DNA of 59,049 bases, counting the filler, from Thelocarpon superellum (lineage: Eukaryota), in the NCBI GenBank assembly GCA_026025795.1. It is 2 parts of 2 records of this genome, joined end to end, with 100 filler letters (N's around TTAATTAATTAA, not from the genome) between each part and the next. Parts side by side here need not be neighbours in the genome. Positions count along the whole stretch, not along the records: positions 29,583 to 59,049 come from JAPEUG010000220.1; 1 more part is not named here. One strand, given 5' to 3'. The notes below the pieces were generated by a model that saw only the letters and a list, made by a program, of their open reading frames with translations, was not told the origin of the DNA and searched no databases. Positions 47,808-59,049 of the stretch are shown here, one piece after another. Position numbers and translations under genes: made by a program. The first letter of the stretch is position 1. Each line of letters opens with the position of its first letter.

Positions 47808-50502
47808 TGTTGTTGCTGCTGTGAATGTTGCTGCCTTTGTCGCTGCGGGTGTTGCTGTGGATGTTGACTAGATGATTATCGATTATCGGTGGTCGTCACC
47901 GTCGTTGTGTCGTGGTCGATCGAGGTTGATTGGCGATCGATCGCTGCTCAAGAACGTACGTGCGTACTTGTGCGTGTGTGGGAGCGAAGCAAGGAAGAGC
48001 CAGTGAGGGCGAGGATATCGGATGGACCCAGATTAGAAGATTAAAAAGATAGATACGATGATGAACAGAAGTTTCAAAAACCAAGTGGCCTGGTGAGAGG
48101 GGTCGGATTGCGAGCAAGCTTTTGGCGCGACCGATGTCGTAGCACGGCGGCTAGAGATTGATGGAGTCGAGGGGAATCTCCAACGTCGTCGTCGCGGAGG
48201 CGGATTGAGTCGGATTGTCGAGCGGAGTACGGGGCCGTACAGCAGCGCGGAATCCAATTGTCAAGCTGAGAAGCGGATCGAGTGAGATCGGGCGTGGGCA
48301 ACCAGTGCTCCGAACCGAGGAGGCCGCGATGGAATGGATTGTCGCAGGGAGAATGGCGGTGGATGATCTCGCGGAAGGGCTCGCAATCACTAGGCAGGTA
48401 TACTTGTTGGCAGAGGAGAAGAGTCGACCAGCGACTATGACGATTCAAACAAAGACAAAAGGTGGAGGAGGGGAAAAGGGCTCTTGGGACGATTGAGATG
48501 CTTGCTACAGAAGAAAGAACGAAGGGGGGTGAGCGGTCGGATGCATTTATCTACCGCGCCGACTACCCACGACGCTCATCACGCCGTTGACCATCCACAC
48601 CGCATCGCTCCGCACCCCGGCGTGGCCCTGGGCCCGGCTTGGCCTCTTTCGCTGCCGTCCGGGCCTCGCTGCCTCGACGCGGTCCGGCCGAGTGTGTACG
48701 ATTACTCGTACTCGTACAAGAGTGGGGTGTGTGGCGGCCAATGTGGACGGACGTAACCCAATGCGTGTCCAGGCCATGGGACCCAGTGCATCCACCGATG
48801 CGAGCCAGAGCGCGTATGCCGGTGATTGGCGAGAAGGCGGGTAGCGAGTGGAGGGAGGGGCGACCCTGACGGCCCCCGTCGTGCACCAGAGCTGCCGGGC
48901 GCTGCTCCAATGGCGTGGCGCGAGGCGGGTCATTGTTCGCGTCGTCGGGAGGGCAGGCTCGACCGCGGACCAATCAGAGCGAGGTGGTGCGGTCGTCTCC
49001 GCGGTTGAGCTCGGCCGGAGCTTGAACTTCCCCTCTTCAGCCAATCGGCGGGCGCTGACGACTAGTGACAGTGGTCCATGCACGTCGCCGTGCAGGCCCG
49101 CTTAGCGTCGTTCGGTGGCCCGCGATAGCGTCGGCGGTTATGCGTGATTCAATCAGCACGTCGATGGAGGGACCGTGTGTCCACGACAGTGACGGACGCC
49201 GAGTCTCGGGATCCATGGCTACTACTTCCAAGACCTCACTGCCAGTACTCCGGAAGGCAGTAGTCGAGCACACCTTCCGCCCGAACCTTGCATGCTTGCG
49301 TCCAGAATGTCGGCTCCGGGGTGGGTGGGAACGTCATGCTTCGACGGGCTGGACGGAGCACATGAATACTGACTGGATCGGTGATCGGTGATCGGTGATC
49401 GTACGACGTCAATAATCCAGGTTGATTCCCGCTTGGATCCATGGTCATCTCCCCCATCCTGGCTCCTTCCCTTTGCCTCAGATAGAACCGCTCATCATAA
49501 TCTGAAGCGACCGAAAGCATCGCGTCCTGCTTCGCACCTCTAGCCCCCTACGTTCTATATTTGGCACCCGCACCTCACGTCTCCCCACATGGAGCAAATA
49601 CCACGGACCCGTGACACTCCTCAAGCAAAGGAAGGATCGTCATGATGATTCACCGCTCCCGGCCATGACGAGCCTCGGCATGCTGCGAACCATGGGTCAG
49701 GCGACGGTCCACACTTACTCGTCCCTGCTGGGAGACTGTAACGTCACCGAGCCGCAAGGCGCACCGAAGTCAACTTGCCATCCCAAGGTTGCCGTCCGTT
49801 GATCAATCCGGCTGAAGCCTTCGGCTCCACACATACAAGTACGCACACCCACATGCCACCTTTCCGCTTCGCCGCTTCGCGCCCGGCTGCATGCTCCACG
49901 TCCGGTCAGGTCGTCAGCCGGCCGGCCCGCGCCGAATCCCAGCGGTCATGCGTTGATGGACTGGACGTGGTGGGGGGGGTACTGGACTCCCCTTTCCACG
50001 TGAACCCACCAGTATCACCCTCCGCCCTCGAATCTTACCTGTGTCCCGAAGATGCTTTTGCTCAGCGCCTAGAACAACTCTACACCTTGGATGTGCTGTC
50101 GGCCATTCGTCGGCAACCCATCCACCAGTCTGTCCACCCCACACACGCGTGAACATACCCCGCTCAGTTGCAGACATGTGCCAATGCGCCATATGTAGAG
50201 ATCTTGTATCTTCTGTTGAATTGGAGAGACGGAATTAGAGAAAAGAAACATGGCAAGGACGCCCCGGCCCCCCCCGAGATCACCAATCCTATAGCCCCAC
50301 AGCCCCACAGCCCCCAGACTAGAAAGCACAGAGGGCGGACCACAGACCATGACGCTCAGATGCGATGCACGATAAGCTTGCCATCACCGCCAAGCATGCC
50401 CGACACAATCCGGCCCGTCCGCCCGTCCCTGTCCCGAGGAGGTCTATCGACCCTGGCCGAACCGGACCCAGGCGGATCGGACCCGGCCCGTCCGTCACGG
50501 GC

Positions 50503-52891
50503 TCAACGTGTCAGGAAATCGTGGCGTACATGGACAAACGCCCCGGCGCCTCCGTCTTCACCGAGGTCGTGCAGTAGCACCTCGGTCTGTTGGCATAACC
50601 GCTCCAAAGCGGCCGACGAAGACTTGCCGAGGGAGACTGGACGCATTAGTCTTGCCGTGCACGAGGACGCGCGTCGTACTGACCTAAGATGGCCGAGTTC
50701 AGCTCCTCGGCCACGGGCACTCGCCCGCTGGGCTCGAGGAGGTGAGCCACGACGGAGCTCTTGGGATCCTCATAGGCCAAGAGCGAAAATGTCTCCTCCA
50801 AGGCCTTCTTGACCTCTCGCCGGTCGTCGTCGCGGAATTCCGACTGCAGGACCTGTCCGTACTTGATCGTCTCCTGGAGCATCGTCAGGTGCTTGAGCCC
50901 CGCCCGGGCTTCCTCCGTCTCCATCTTCTCCCACCCGCTACCATTGTCACTCTGCTCGTCGAGCTCCATCTCGTGCTCAAAGACAGAGTCAAAGGTATCC
51001 GCGGAGGCTTGATGCGCCGCCTCGGTCGGTTTGACCACCACGGCCTGCTCGATCAGGTTGAGCTCGGCGCATTGTCGAATCATCTCGATGAATTTGCGGC
51101 ACCGTAGTCGGAAGTAGATCTGCTCGTTGTCTTTGAGCACGGACGGATAGTAAGCGTACGTGTGCTTCAAGGCCTTGTCGACGTCGCCGTCCAGAATCGC
51201 CATGCGGATGCCTGGCACCGTCAGCCCGAATCACCCTCGCCCTCGCCCTCGCCCTCGTCGTCGTCGATGACGCCCGCTACTCACGTTGTCGGTGGACCGC
51301 ATCCACGTCCTCCTTCGGCTCGGGCTCATGCTCATCGGGGAGCGTCTCGTGCCAGTCTCGAAGCGCGTTCTTGCTGGTCCGCACCTCCTCGGCAAAAGCG
51401 CGGGCCGTTTCGATGTAGCCATCGTGTGCGAGGAATTGCGCGACCAGGGCCCGCACGAGCGAGTTCTCATCCAGGGGGGGATAAAGACTGAGACTGGAGG
51501 TCGCGTTGATCTCCTCTTGGATGAAGATCTTCTCTCGCTGAACATCGTCGTCAGCCACATGCATGCTAGGGGATGTGATTACTGCGACGGACCGCCATGA
51601 CGCTGTCGATGTCAAATACAAAAGGACTTTGCCCGAAATTGACTCGTATATGCTCTCCGGGCCGCTTCATCCCTACCGATGGGTAGAAGGTGCCCTTGAT
51701 GTCGCGAAAGGCCGTCCCTAATCGCTCTCCGTCAGCTGAGTCGAGGTCATCCGCATACACCCGCTACCTACCGAGATTGACCCCGTTCTTGGTAAAAAAG
51801 GCACATCCGGTACGGAAGTTCACCCCACACCCAATGACATCGCGCGTCGAAAACTTGGGCCCATAATCTCGACCTTGACTCTGGCAGCAGAAAGAGCGAC
51901 CATCGTCGCCATGGTAGGCCCACGAATCGGGTTCCCACCCAGGCAGCCGCGTGAGGGGCACTTTGGCCCCGGAAAAGCCCATGCCGATCAAGCTACCGCG
52001 CTCGTCAGTCCTGACCGGTCGGGTGCGGGAAGAGACGGACGCTAACCCCTCTTTGCCTTTGGAGATGATGGTGATTTCAAAATAGTAGATGCCGCATTGC
52101 GCCGACATGGGCTGGTCGGCCCGTACGGCGGCGGCCTCGTGCTCATGGGACTTGCTCGGGCCAACAAAGCGCACCTCGAGGCCATCGCCCTGAATCTCGA
52201 TGCCGACATTTTTGTCGGCGTCGTTCCATGACGCCGGAAGCGGCCGCAGGAGGTCAGTGGGGGCCGGTACGTCCTTCTCGATGATATCGTACGTCATGCC
52301 CCGATGCGACGGGGCCATCTTGTGAAGGTTGGCGCTGCTCGAGCTGGTGGAGAGCGAGCCCACGGCGGACGAGTGGCCAGACGGAGCATCCCTCTGCGCC
52401 GCCAACTTCGCCTTGTGTGCTTCGGCCAGCCGCTCCACGTATTTGGAATCGCGTAGGTAGGTGGGGACGAAGAACTTGTTGGGGCTTGCGCCGTTGGCCC
52501 CAAAGTGGCCGTGTCCATTGACCATGTACTCCAAGTGTGCGGCAGGCGCTGGCATCGGAGGCATGCGTCGACTCCAGGATGCCGACAGCGCGTGCCCTCC
52601 CCCGTCGGCATGCATGTCTACATCCGGGCCCCGCGACGGGTTCCGAGAATGATGCATCGATGGCGGATGCTGCGCATGTAGGCTGGGCGACGACATCTGG
52701 TTCATCAGATGAGATAACGCGCCGGACCTGGTGGGGGCCTGTGGCGCGGGCGAGGATCCGGACGCCGCCCCCGCCACCACCGAAGCGTAGGACGAGCGAC
52801 GGCCCATGGTCGAGCTTGATCCGTCCATCGGATTGGACGGACGGTTGCCCGTCGGAGCTCCTGGAGAGCCCTGTGGGCCTGTGTTGGTCAT
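50503..52891 (-). CDS. RanBPM/Gid1(Vid30)-like SPRY-LisH-CTLH-CRA protein (GID/CTLH E3 ligase scaffold); 6 exons (introns 52046-51993, 51771-51718, 51592-51538, 51284-51212, 50683-50637)
   Basis: SPRY: GIYYFEI, RLPGWEPDSWAYHGDDG, DVIGCGVN, FFTKNG, VNFGQSPFVFDI; LisH: LVAQFLAHDGYIETARAF; CTLH: IRMAILDGDVDKAL, FRLRCRKFIEM; CRA: FSLLAY, VAEELNSAIL. Confidence 0.93.
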
Positions 52892-54673
52892 GTGTGATGC
52901 AGAGTGTAGAAGATTGATCAAGCGCGGCGACGTCGAGGATAGGGATCGGGAGCCACGGGTCGCGTCGGTGGTTCGATGCTGTATCCGTGGTGTGCTGACC
53001 GGGCTGAGGGAGGAAAGGGGCAACCCGAACACCGTGACGTGTAATCCGGGAGTCCCTCAGTCACTCGGATCCGACATTAGGCAGCCAGTCGTCAATGGTG
53101 AGCTAGATGAACGGGCGATCACGGGGCGGGCGAACGGACGTCAAGCAGACGTGGTCCCTGAAGCCATGGCAGCTGCGGGTGTGGCCAGTTCGTCGAACGT
53201 TGGCGCTCGGGTTCCGGGGCTGGAGCAAGGTGTCGACAGAGTCCGTGTGGTTCCCACGGCGGTCGTCGAGGAGTGCGGTCGACGCAGAAGAACGGGGTGT
53301 AGCAGTGCAGCAGTACAGCGGTGCAGGAGGTCTGTCACGTACCCCACCACCTGGAACCGTCGTGGACGGTACGTACCTTTACACTGACATTCGGCGGGTG
53401 ACTGAAGTACCGACGGCACGATAAGTCAGTGCGATAGTCACAAGTGCCCACCGTACTAGTACTGCTGTGTCGTTCTAGCCCGGCGACGACCAAGTCAGAG
53501 CAAATCTGGTTCGCTCGCCAGCTGGTCGAGAAGAAGCACGTCGTTAGGCGTGCTCGCTAAATCCGTCGGGTGTGTCGTTCACTCGCCAAGTCAGTGCAGA
53601 TGATGGTCGGTCATCAGCCTATGCCCAGCCGACGCAGGCGATCATGTGCGTGATCATAAGCAGACCGTTCACGAATTGCCCAATTGCACTGCGACTAGTT
53701 GCATGTAGAGAAACGAAGGCATCAGATATGGTGAGAGAAATGGGTGGACAACCTGACACCGTGACGGTGGCGGTGGGAATGAAACGTCAACACCATCGAG
53801 GCTCGACTGAAGAGCCGACGACCTGAGATTTGGGTGGAGAGCGAAAGCCAGGAGCCACATCCTCTGACAGTGCTGCCAGCCGAGCTCTAATGCTGGCATG
53901 ATTCTACGAACATGGACGTCGGGCACCGGAATGTGTACTTGTGCACAAGAGTGTCGCTGCGATGTACATTTCCGGCGTAGCTAGACTCATAGTCTGAGTC
54001 GACGCTCGAACACGAGTGCCTAGAAGACTCTCCTCCTCTTCTTACCATCTCCACACTGAGAGCGTTGGATGCGATACAGAGCAAATACCACCACTAGCCG
54101 GGCTGAGCGGTGGAAGAAAGAGCCGGTAATTGCGGAACTCTCAGTCTGGTGCGCAGGCCGACTTGCGTGTAGTACAGGCAGTATTTGCCGATCACAGGTG
54201 ACGAAAAGTGTGACATCAGCCAGGCGTTGCTGCCCAGCTGCGCATGCTGCTTCCGAGGACTCCCGAGAACTCTTTGTCCCACGAGCACACGGGCCGCTGA
54301 AAAATTATGGGCAGGAATCACTTTGAACACACCTGAGCTCTTCCTGCGTCTTGCATTCGACTCTAGGTGAACAAGCGCTTCCACGTGACAGTAGACGTCC
54401 AAGTCATGCACCCTAGAATACATTGCGGACTGCTCTTGAATGCTTTTGGACAGTGAAATGCATCATGCCGCGATGTGAGGTCTAAGAGGTGTGACCCAGA
54501 TCGACATAGACATGCAAGAGAAGGATATAACCGCAACGCCGCTGATGAATCGCCCGCGAGGCCCACAGACCCAGAGGAATGTGTACCGACGTGATGCCAA
54601 GTGGAATACCAGACGCCAACCATCCTGACAAACCGACGCCATCGTGACTCCAATCTGGACGTAGGCAGGCCTG

Positions 54674-55596
54674 TCATGCTGACAGGGCGACCGCCGGAGC
54701 TGGAGAGCTGGCCTCGTGATTCGTGACACCGACGGGTTCGAGATCGCCTCCGCTGTTGCTTTTGTCGCTCTCAATAGCGCTGCTGCCCTTGTTTTCTTTC
54801 CCGTCGCTGTCGGTGGTGAGTACGGCGCTGCCGTCGCCGTTGACCTCGGCCGTGGGGTCGATCATGGCGGGACGGGGCGCTTTCCAGCTGGCTAGGCCCC
54901 AGGTGATGCCGGTGAAGCTCTTGATCTGGAAGCCTTTCTTCTCCCATCGTCGGCAGGGCTTGCCCGACCGGTCCAAGGCCCGTAAGCCGGCATTGATGGC
55001 GCCCTGGTTGGCCTTCGGACCCAGCTTGTGGGCCGTCAGCGCGGCTCCGCCACTGGCTGCTAGGGCTTTGGTCCCGGCGGCGGTCTCGGTAGGGTCGGCG
55101 CTACCATCGTCCCTATGAGCGTGATCAGTGGCGGGTAACAAGATGACGGGACGTGAGGTGCCAATCCATCCCCTTACCCTTTCTGCTTCTTCTTCGGTCC
55201 TGGCTTGCCCCGGACCTTGGCGGCACCATCCGCCATGGCTGCGGCCCCTCGCTTGGTGCCGGGCTTCGGACCCGGAATTCCCTTTCGTTTCGTCGCGCCA
55301 TTGGCGATGGCCGCGGTGCTCGTCGGGGTGCCCGCGGCCGCCGGCGTCGAATTGGAATCCGAGACCTGCTCCGGGGGCGACTCGTCCGCGGGCAGGGTCA
55401 CGGGGGTCGACGAGGAATCGGTCGAGGACTTGGTGCGAGCACTACCTTTCCGCGGTTCGGGCTTGCCGTCGACCTCGGATGGAAAATGAGCGAGCAGCTC
55501 CGGAGATAGGGAGAGGGTGACGATGAGGGTCCGCCGGGAGGCTTTGGCCGACCGGCTGGCGGCGGCCGTGGCAGACGTGGATGAGGCGGGGGGCAT
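54674..55596 (-). CDS. IES4: INO80 complex subunit Ies4 (DUF1711); exons 55596-55178 and 55112-54674
   Basis: IVTLSLSPELL, PGPKPGTKR, RGKPGPKKK, HKLGPKANQGAINAGLRALDRSGKPCRRW, KSFTGITW. Confidence 0.85.
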
Positions 55597-57440
55597 GACG
55601 GTCGAGGGCGACGGGCAGTGGGGGCGGTGGGAAGGGTGAAGGGCCGGGGCGAAGACCAAGGCGCCGCGATGGTCGAGGCGGTCTTGGAATTACGGGCACG
55701 GTCGCTCGTGACGGTGGTGGCGGCTGTCGTGGCCCGAGCCTACCGGTAACGAGGCATGAGTAGGTGAGAGACGGTCCGGCCAGGGGCGAAGTGAGGGCTG
55801 GTGGCCGTGGGCCTGGCGAGCGGGCGGAATGTTGGTGACAGGTCGAGTGTGGGGTGAGGATGATGTTGTCGGGGTCCGGCGGCGGTGGAGGGCGGGTGGT
55901 GGTGGAGAGGGAAGAGGAAAGTTGGGGCGACGGTGATGGGGAGGCGAGCTGGCTTCATCTCGTGGCTGGGTCGGTCGGAGTGCATTGTGCGCGTGCATCT
56001 TCTATCTTGGACGGGTCAAGGCCGCGTAGGCTGTAGTGTAGAGTGCCTTCGTTGGTGGGCAAAGAGTAACAAGGGCGCGCGAGTGACCGAGCGAGCGAGA
56101 CAGTCTCCCTCCCAAATGTGCCGGGGGCGGACGCTCGCGGGCTGACAATCATGCTAAGTTCGGTTGGGCCGAAGGGGGTTTGAGATGATCTCGTACCCCC
56201 GACCGTGGCTGCCTCGTTAGTCAGCAGCCGCAGCTCTTTTCCCTTTTAGCCCAGATTTTCCTGTTTCGGCAGAGGAGACCGAGCTCGCACGTGTTCCAGC
56301 CCCGAGCTGGGGAGGAACACGGAGTCTTCCCGTGGCCAAATCAGGATCCCGACCACCATTCTTGCTCTCTAGGCATCAGGCTGTCGAAGGGTCCCAGGAT
56401 GTCTGCATATGAGCGCGAGATATCCCCAGGCCGACTCTGTTGCATGAGAGGTTTTTGTACCGATATGTGCTGGCTACTCTGCGCAGGATCATGCTCTCGG
56501 CCGCTCAAACTCGACCGACCGCCCGACAGCGAGCGATCCTTTGCCAGCGTGACGTGGGGTACGAAATACGTGCGAGTAAGGCCCGGGTTCACGGTCGTCT
56601 CATCTGCCACCGTATAGCTCGGTTCGAAATGGTTCAGATTTCGCTCGACCTTGCGGAGGCGAACCGGCTACCCAGAATCCATACGCGTAAGAGGGAGAGG
56701 AAGTTTCACCCGGTGATGGCAGCCTGATCAGTCATCTCTCGACCACCCAGCCGGAGGGATAATGCACTTGCGTGACTTAGAGTAGCAAAGGGCAAGCTGG
56801 GTCAAACGACTCCTAGTCCTGTCCTTCAATAGAGAACGAGGGACCAGCTCGTGAAACTTTCAAGACGCTGTCATGTCCATTCGACCGAAGATCTCTCGTG
56901 CCGCTGTCGCGGGAAACGCCGGACTTACGCAGGCTCAGCTACGCCGCAGCTCACACCGACGCGCCCGCGACATGAAGAGGCTCCAGACCGTCGGCCAATG
57001 ACCAACAAGGGAAGCTACCCGGATACTTGTATCCTTGTTGGAGGTGTGGGGCGTCCCAAGCTGCAGACGCCTCATGCCCCATCAAACCTACGATAGAAAA
57101 GACCACTCATTCTGCGCCACAACTGGCGCCAGGCTTACCGTCACTTGTTCGTGCGGCGACCAAATAGCTCTCTCGTCACATCATGTTGCGCCCCGATACG
57201 CCGTGGACTAGCTCACATATCCTGATGATGGCCATCAAATGCAATCGTTCTATCAGACTCGGATGGTCATGAAGTGCTCGTGACCAGGCTGACGCTGAAG
57301 GCGGGTGCCATCTCTTTGTCCGTCGGACGGGCTACTGGCCCCTCGTCGCAGGCCAGGCTTGATCGGACAGGTGCCTCCCCCGGGAGCTCGGCGACACCGA
57401 CATTGTCGCTGACAGCACGTCACCGTCCTTGAGTCTCGGC

Positions 57441-58823
57441 ATGATGCGTGCAATGGCCCACACGGCGCGACCGCCAGCGCTGACCGTCATGGCGATGCTC
57501 AGCCTGGTGGCGGCGGAGGTGGGCGAGATGGCGATGAACGAACTGATCAGCCCTTTACAACCGCGATTCATGTTTGGATCGCCACCTCGATTAGTCGGTC
57601 GGCAGGCCGTGTCTGTCTGTCAAGCCGGCGAGAGCTCCTGTATGCACTCGCGCTGTTCCACCTGTGACGCGTGGCAGAGGAGAGCCGTTGGCTGACCCGT
57701 CGCATGTCACAGGTTTAGCAATCAATGCGACGGGATGCTGTCCCAACGACAATTATTGCTACGTGAACCCCGAGGGGCAGCCCAAGTGCTGCGCCAACGG
57801 ATCGCGATGTGACGACCCATGTCCACTCTCTGCATATAATTGCCCCGTCTCTGCCACGATGAGCGGCTCCGCGACCTCCACCACCAGCGTACGTGTGCTT
57901 GCCTTGTCTGGCCGCCGCCCAGAATCAGCACCATTGACCCGCCGTCCCAGTGTTGCCTGCGCCCATGTCCCGCGCCCAGCGGCTTTCAATGTCCCCAATC
58001 TCTCGGCGGCGGATGCTGCTCGGTAGGCTCGGCCTGTCTCTCGAGCAATAGCTGCTCCTCGACCGTCAACTCGGCGACCGTCAACACCGTCTCGGCCTCA
58101 CCGACCGGCTGCACCACGGGACAAATCAGTTGTCCTGCGTCACAAGGCGGAGGCTGCTGCAATGTCGGCCAAACCTGCACCAGCCTCTCCACCAATCTCT
58201 ACTGCGTCTCTGCGAACGGCGGCGCCAGTAGCTCACGACCAACGGCAGGCGGCACCAACGCCGCCGGCCTCCCCACAGCCACCAACACATCCCCGTCTTC
58301 TGCAACCTCCAGCAGCTCCGACTCTGGCGGCCTCTCGACCGGCGCAAAAGCCGGCATCGGCGCCGGCGCCGGGGTCGGCGCGCTCCTCATCCTCAGCGCG
58401 CTGATCGCATGGTACATTATAGCGCGAAAGCGGCAACAGCGCGCGCTCAAAATGGCCGCGGCCTCGCAGTCCGCCGACGCAGCGACGTCGCACGTGTCGT
58501 CGCCAGGCGGGGGCTCGAATCGGGGGGGCGGGGATTACTTTGGGCAACAGGCCCAGCCCGGGCCGTTTACGGAGAACGGGGCGGCGGACGCGTCCGGCAT
58601 GGGGCCTTATACGCCTGGAGGTCGCGGGGCCGCCGTACCGCTGAATCCGCAGAGCCCGGGCGACATTGCCGCCCCGGTGGAGATCGCCTCGTCTGGCCCC
58701 GTGTCGCCGAGCAGTCCACGAGATTACGGCGGCCAGCATCACCACCTTCAACATCATCCTGGTTCGCCTACAACCGTGGTGTCGCCTGTTGACCCGCACC
58801 ATGAAGCAGTGGAGTTGCCTTGA
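57441..58823 (+). CDS. Single-pass membrane protein with repeated CC/CP Cys modules, Ser/Thr stalk and SKG6-like TM; exons 57441-57639, 57713-57888 and 57951-58823
   Basis: Hydrophobic signal-like N-terminus; GCCPNDNYC, FQCPQSLGGGCC, ISCPASQGGGCC; GLSTGAKAGIGAGAGVGALLILSALIAWYIIARKR; canonical introns. Confidence 0.85.
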
Positions 58824-59049
58824 GGCGTCGCGAAGCCGACCGCACTTGAACATCTAACGAAAGCGAGGGAAGCGGGTAAAGGATGGAAAGGGGGGCGCTT
58901 CACTTCGCTTTCTTTCACTTCATTTCGTTTCATTTCATATTATTTCCTCTCCTTTCCTCTTGTCGAAGGAAGATGTCTAGGTCTTGGGGGTTGATACGAT
59001 ATATATGATTCGTGGGACTGGAATCATATGGAAAGGGGGGGGGGGGCCC

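Overview
GC-rich genomic DNA of a filamentous ascomycete (Pezizomycotina-type genes with short GT-AG introns and CTRAC/CTAAT branch sites). The window is two separate sequence segments joined at 29483-29582 by an artificial spacer (44 N + TTAATTAATTAA + 44 N), so no linkage can be inferred across that point. Left segment: a complex I NDUFB10-type subunit, an uncharacterised coiled-coil/AT-hook protein, threonine aldolase, a ~5 kb island of three decayed genes (fungal transcription-factor-like, PEP-mutase/ICL-superfamily enzyme, HSL-family hydrolase), ~7 kb of gene-free DNA, a DevR/Esc1-type bHLH factor, a DEDDh RNA exonuclease, a two-RRM protein, a Cys-rich single-pass membrane protein, a 610-bp TA-flanked MITE, and the 5' end of PEX5. 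Right segment: the tail of a GMC oxidoreductase, a DUF7730/F-box-like protein, an NADP-type Zn alcohol dehydrogenase ending in SKL, TinA/Msd1-like, Nup85, a small Cys/His-rich protein, esdC, RanBPM/Gid1, Ies4, and a second Cys-rich membrane protein. The most notable signals are (i) an AUG-less, intron-spanning, in-frame 75-codon extension of the bHLH gene starting at a CTG in ideal Kozak context, (ii) a start codon split by an intron so that the unspliced RNA reads AUG-UGA, (iii) an almost CpG-free MITE in the PEX5 promoter, and (iv) the decayed regulator-plus-enzyme island. Family assignments come from recognising motifs by eye, not from database searches.
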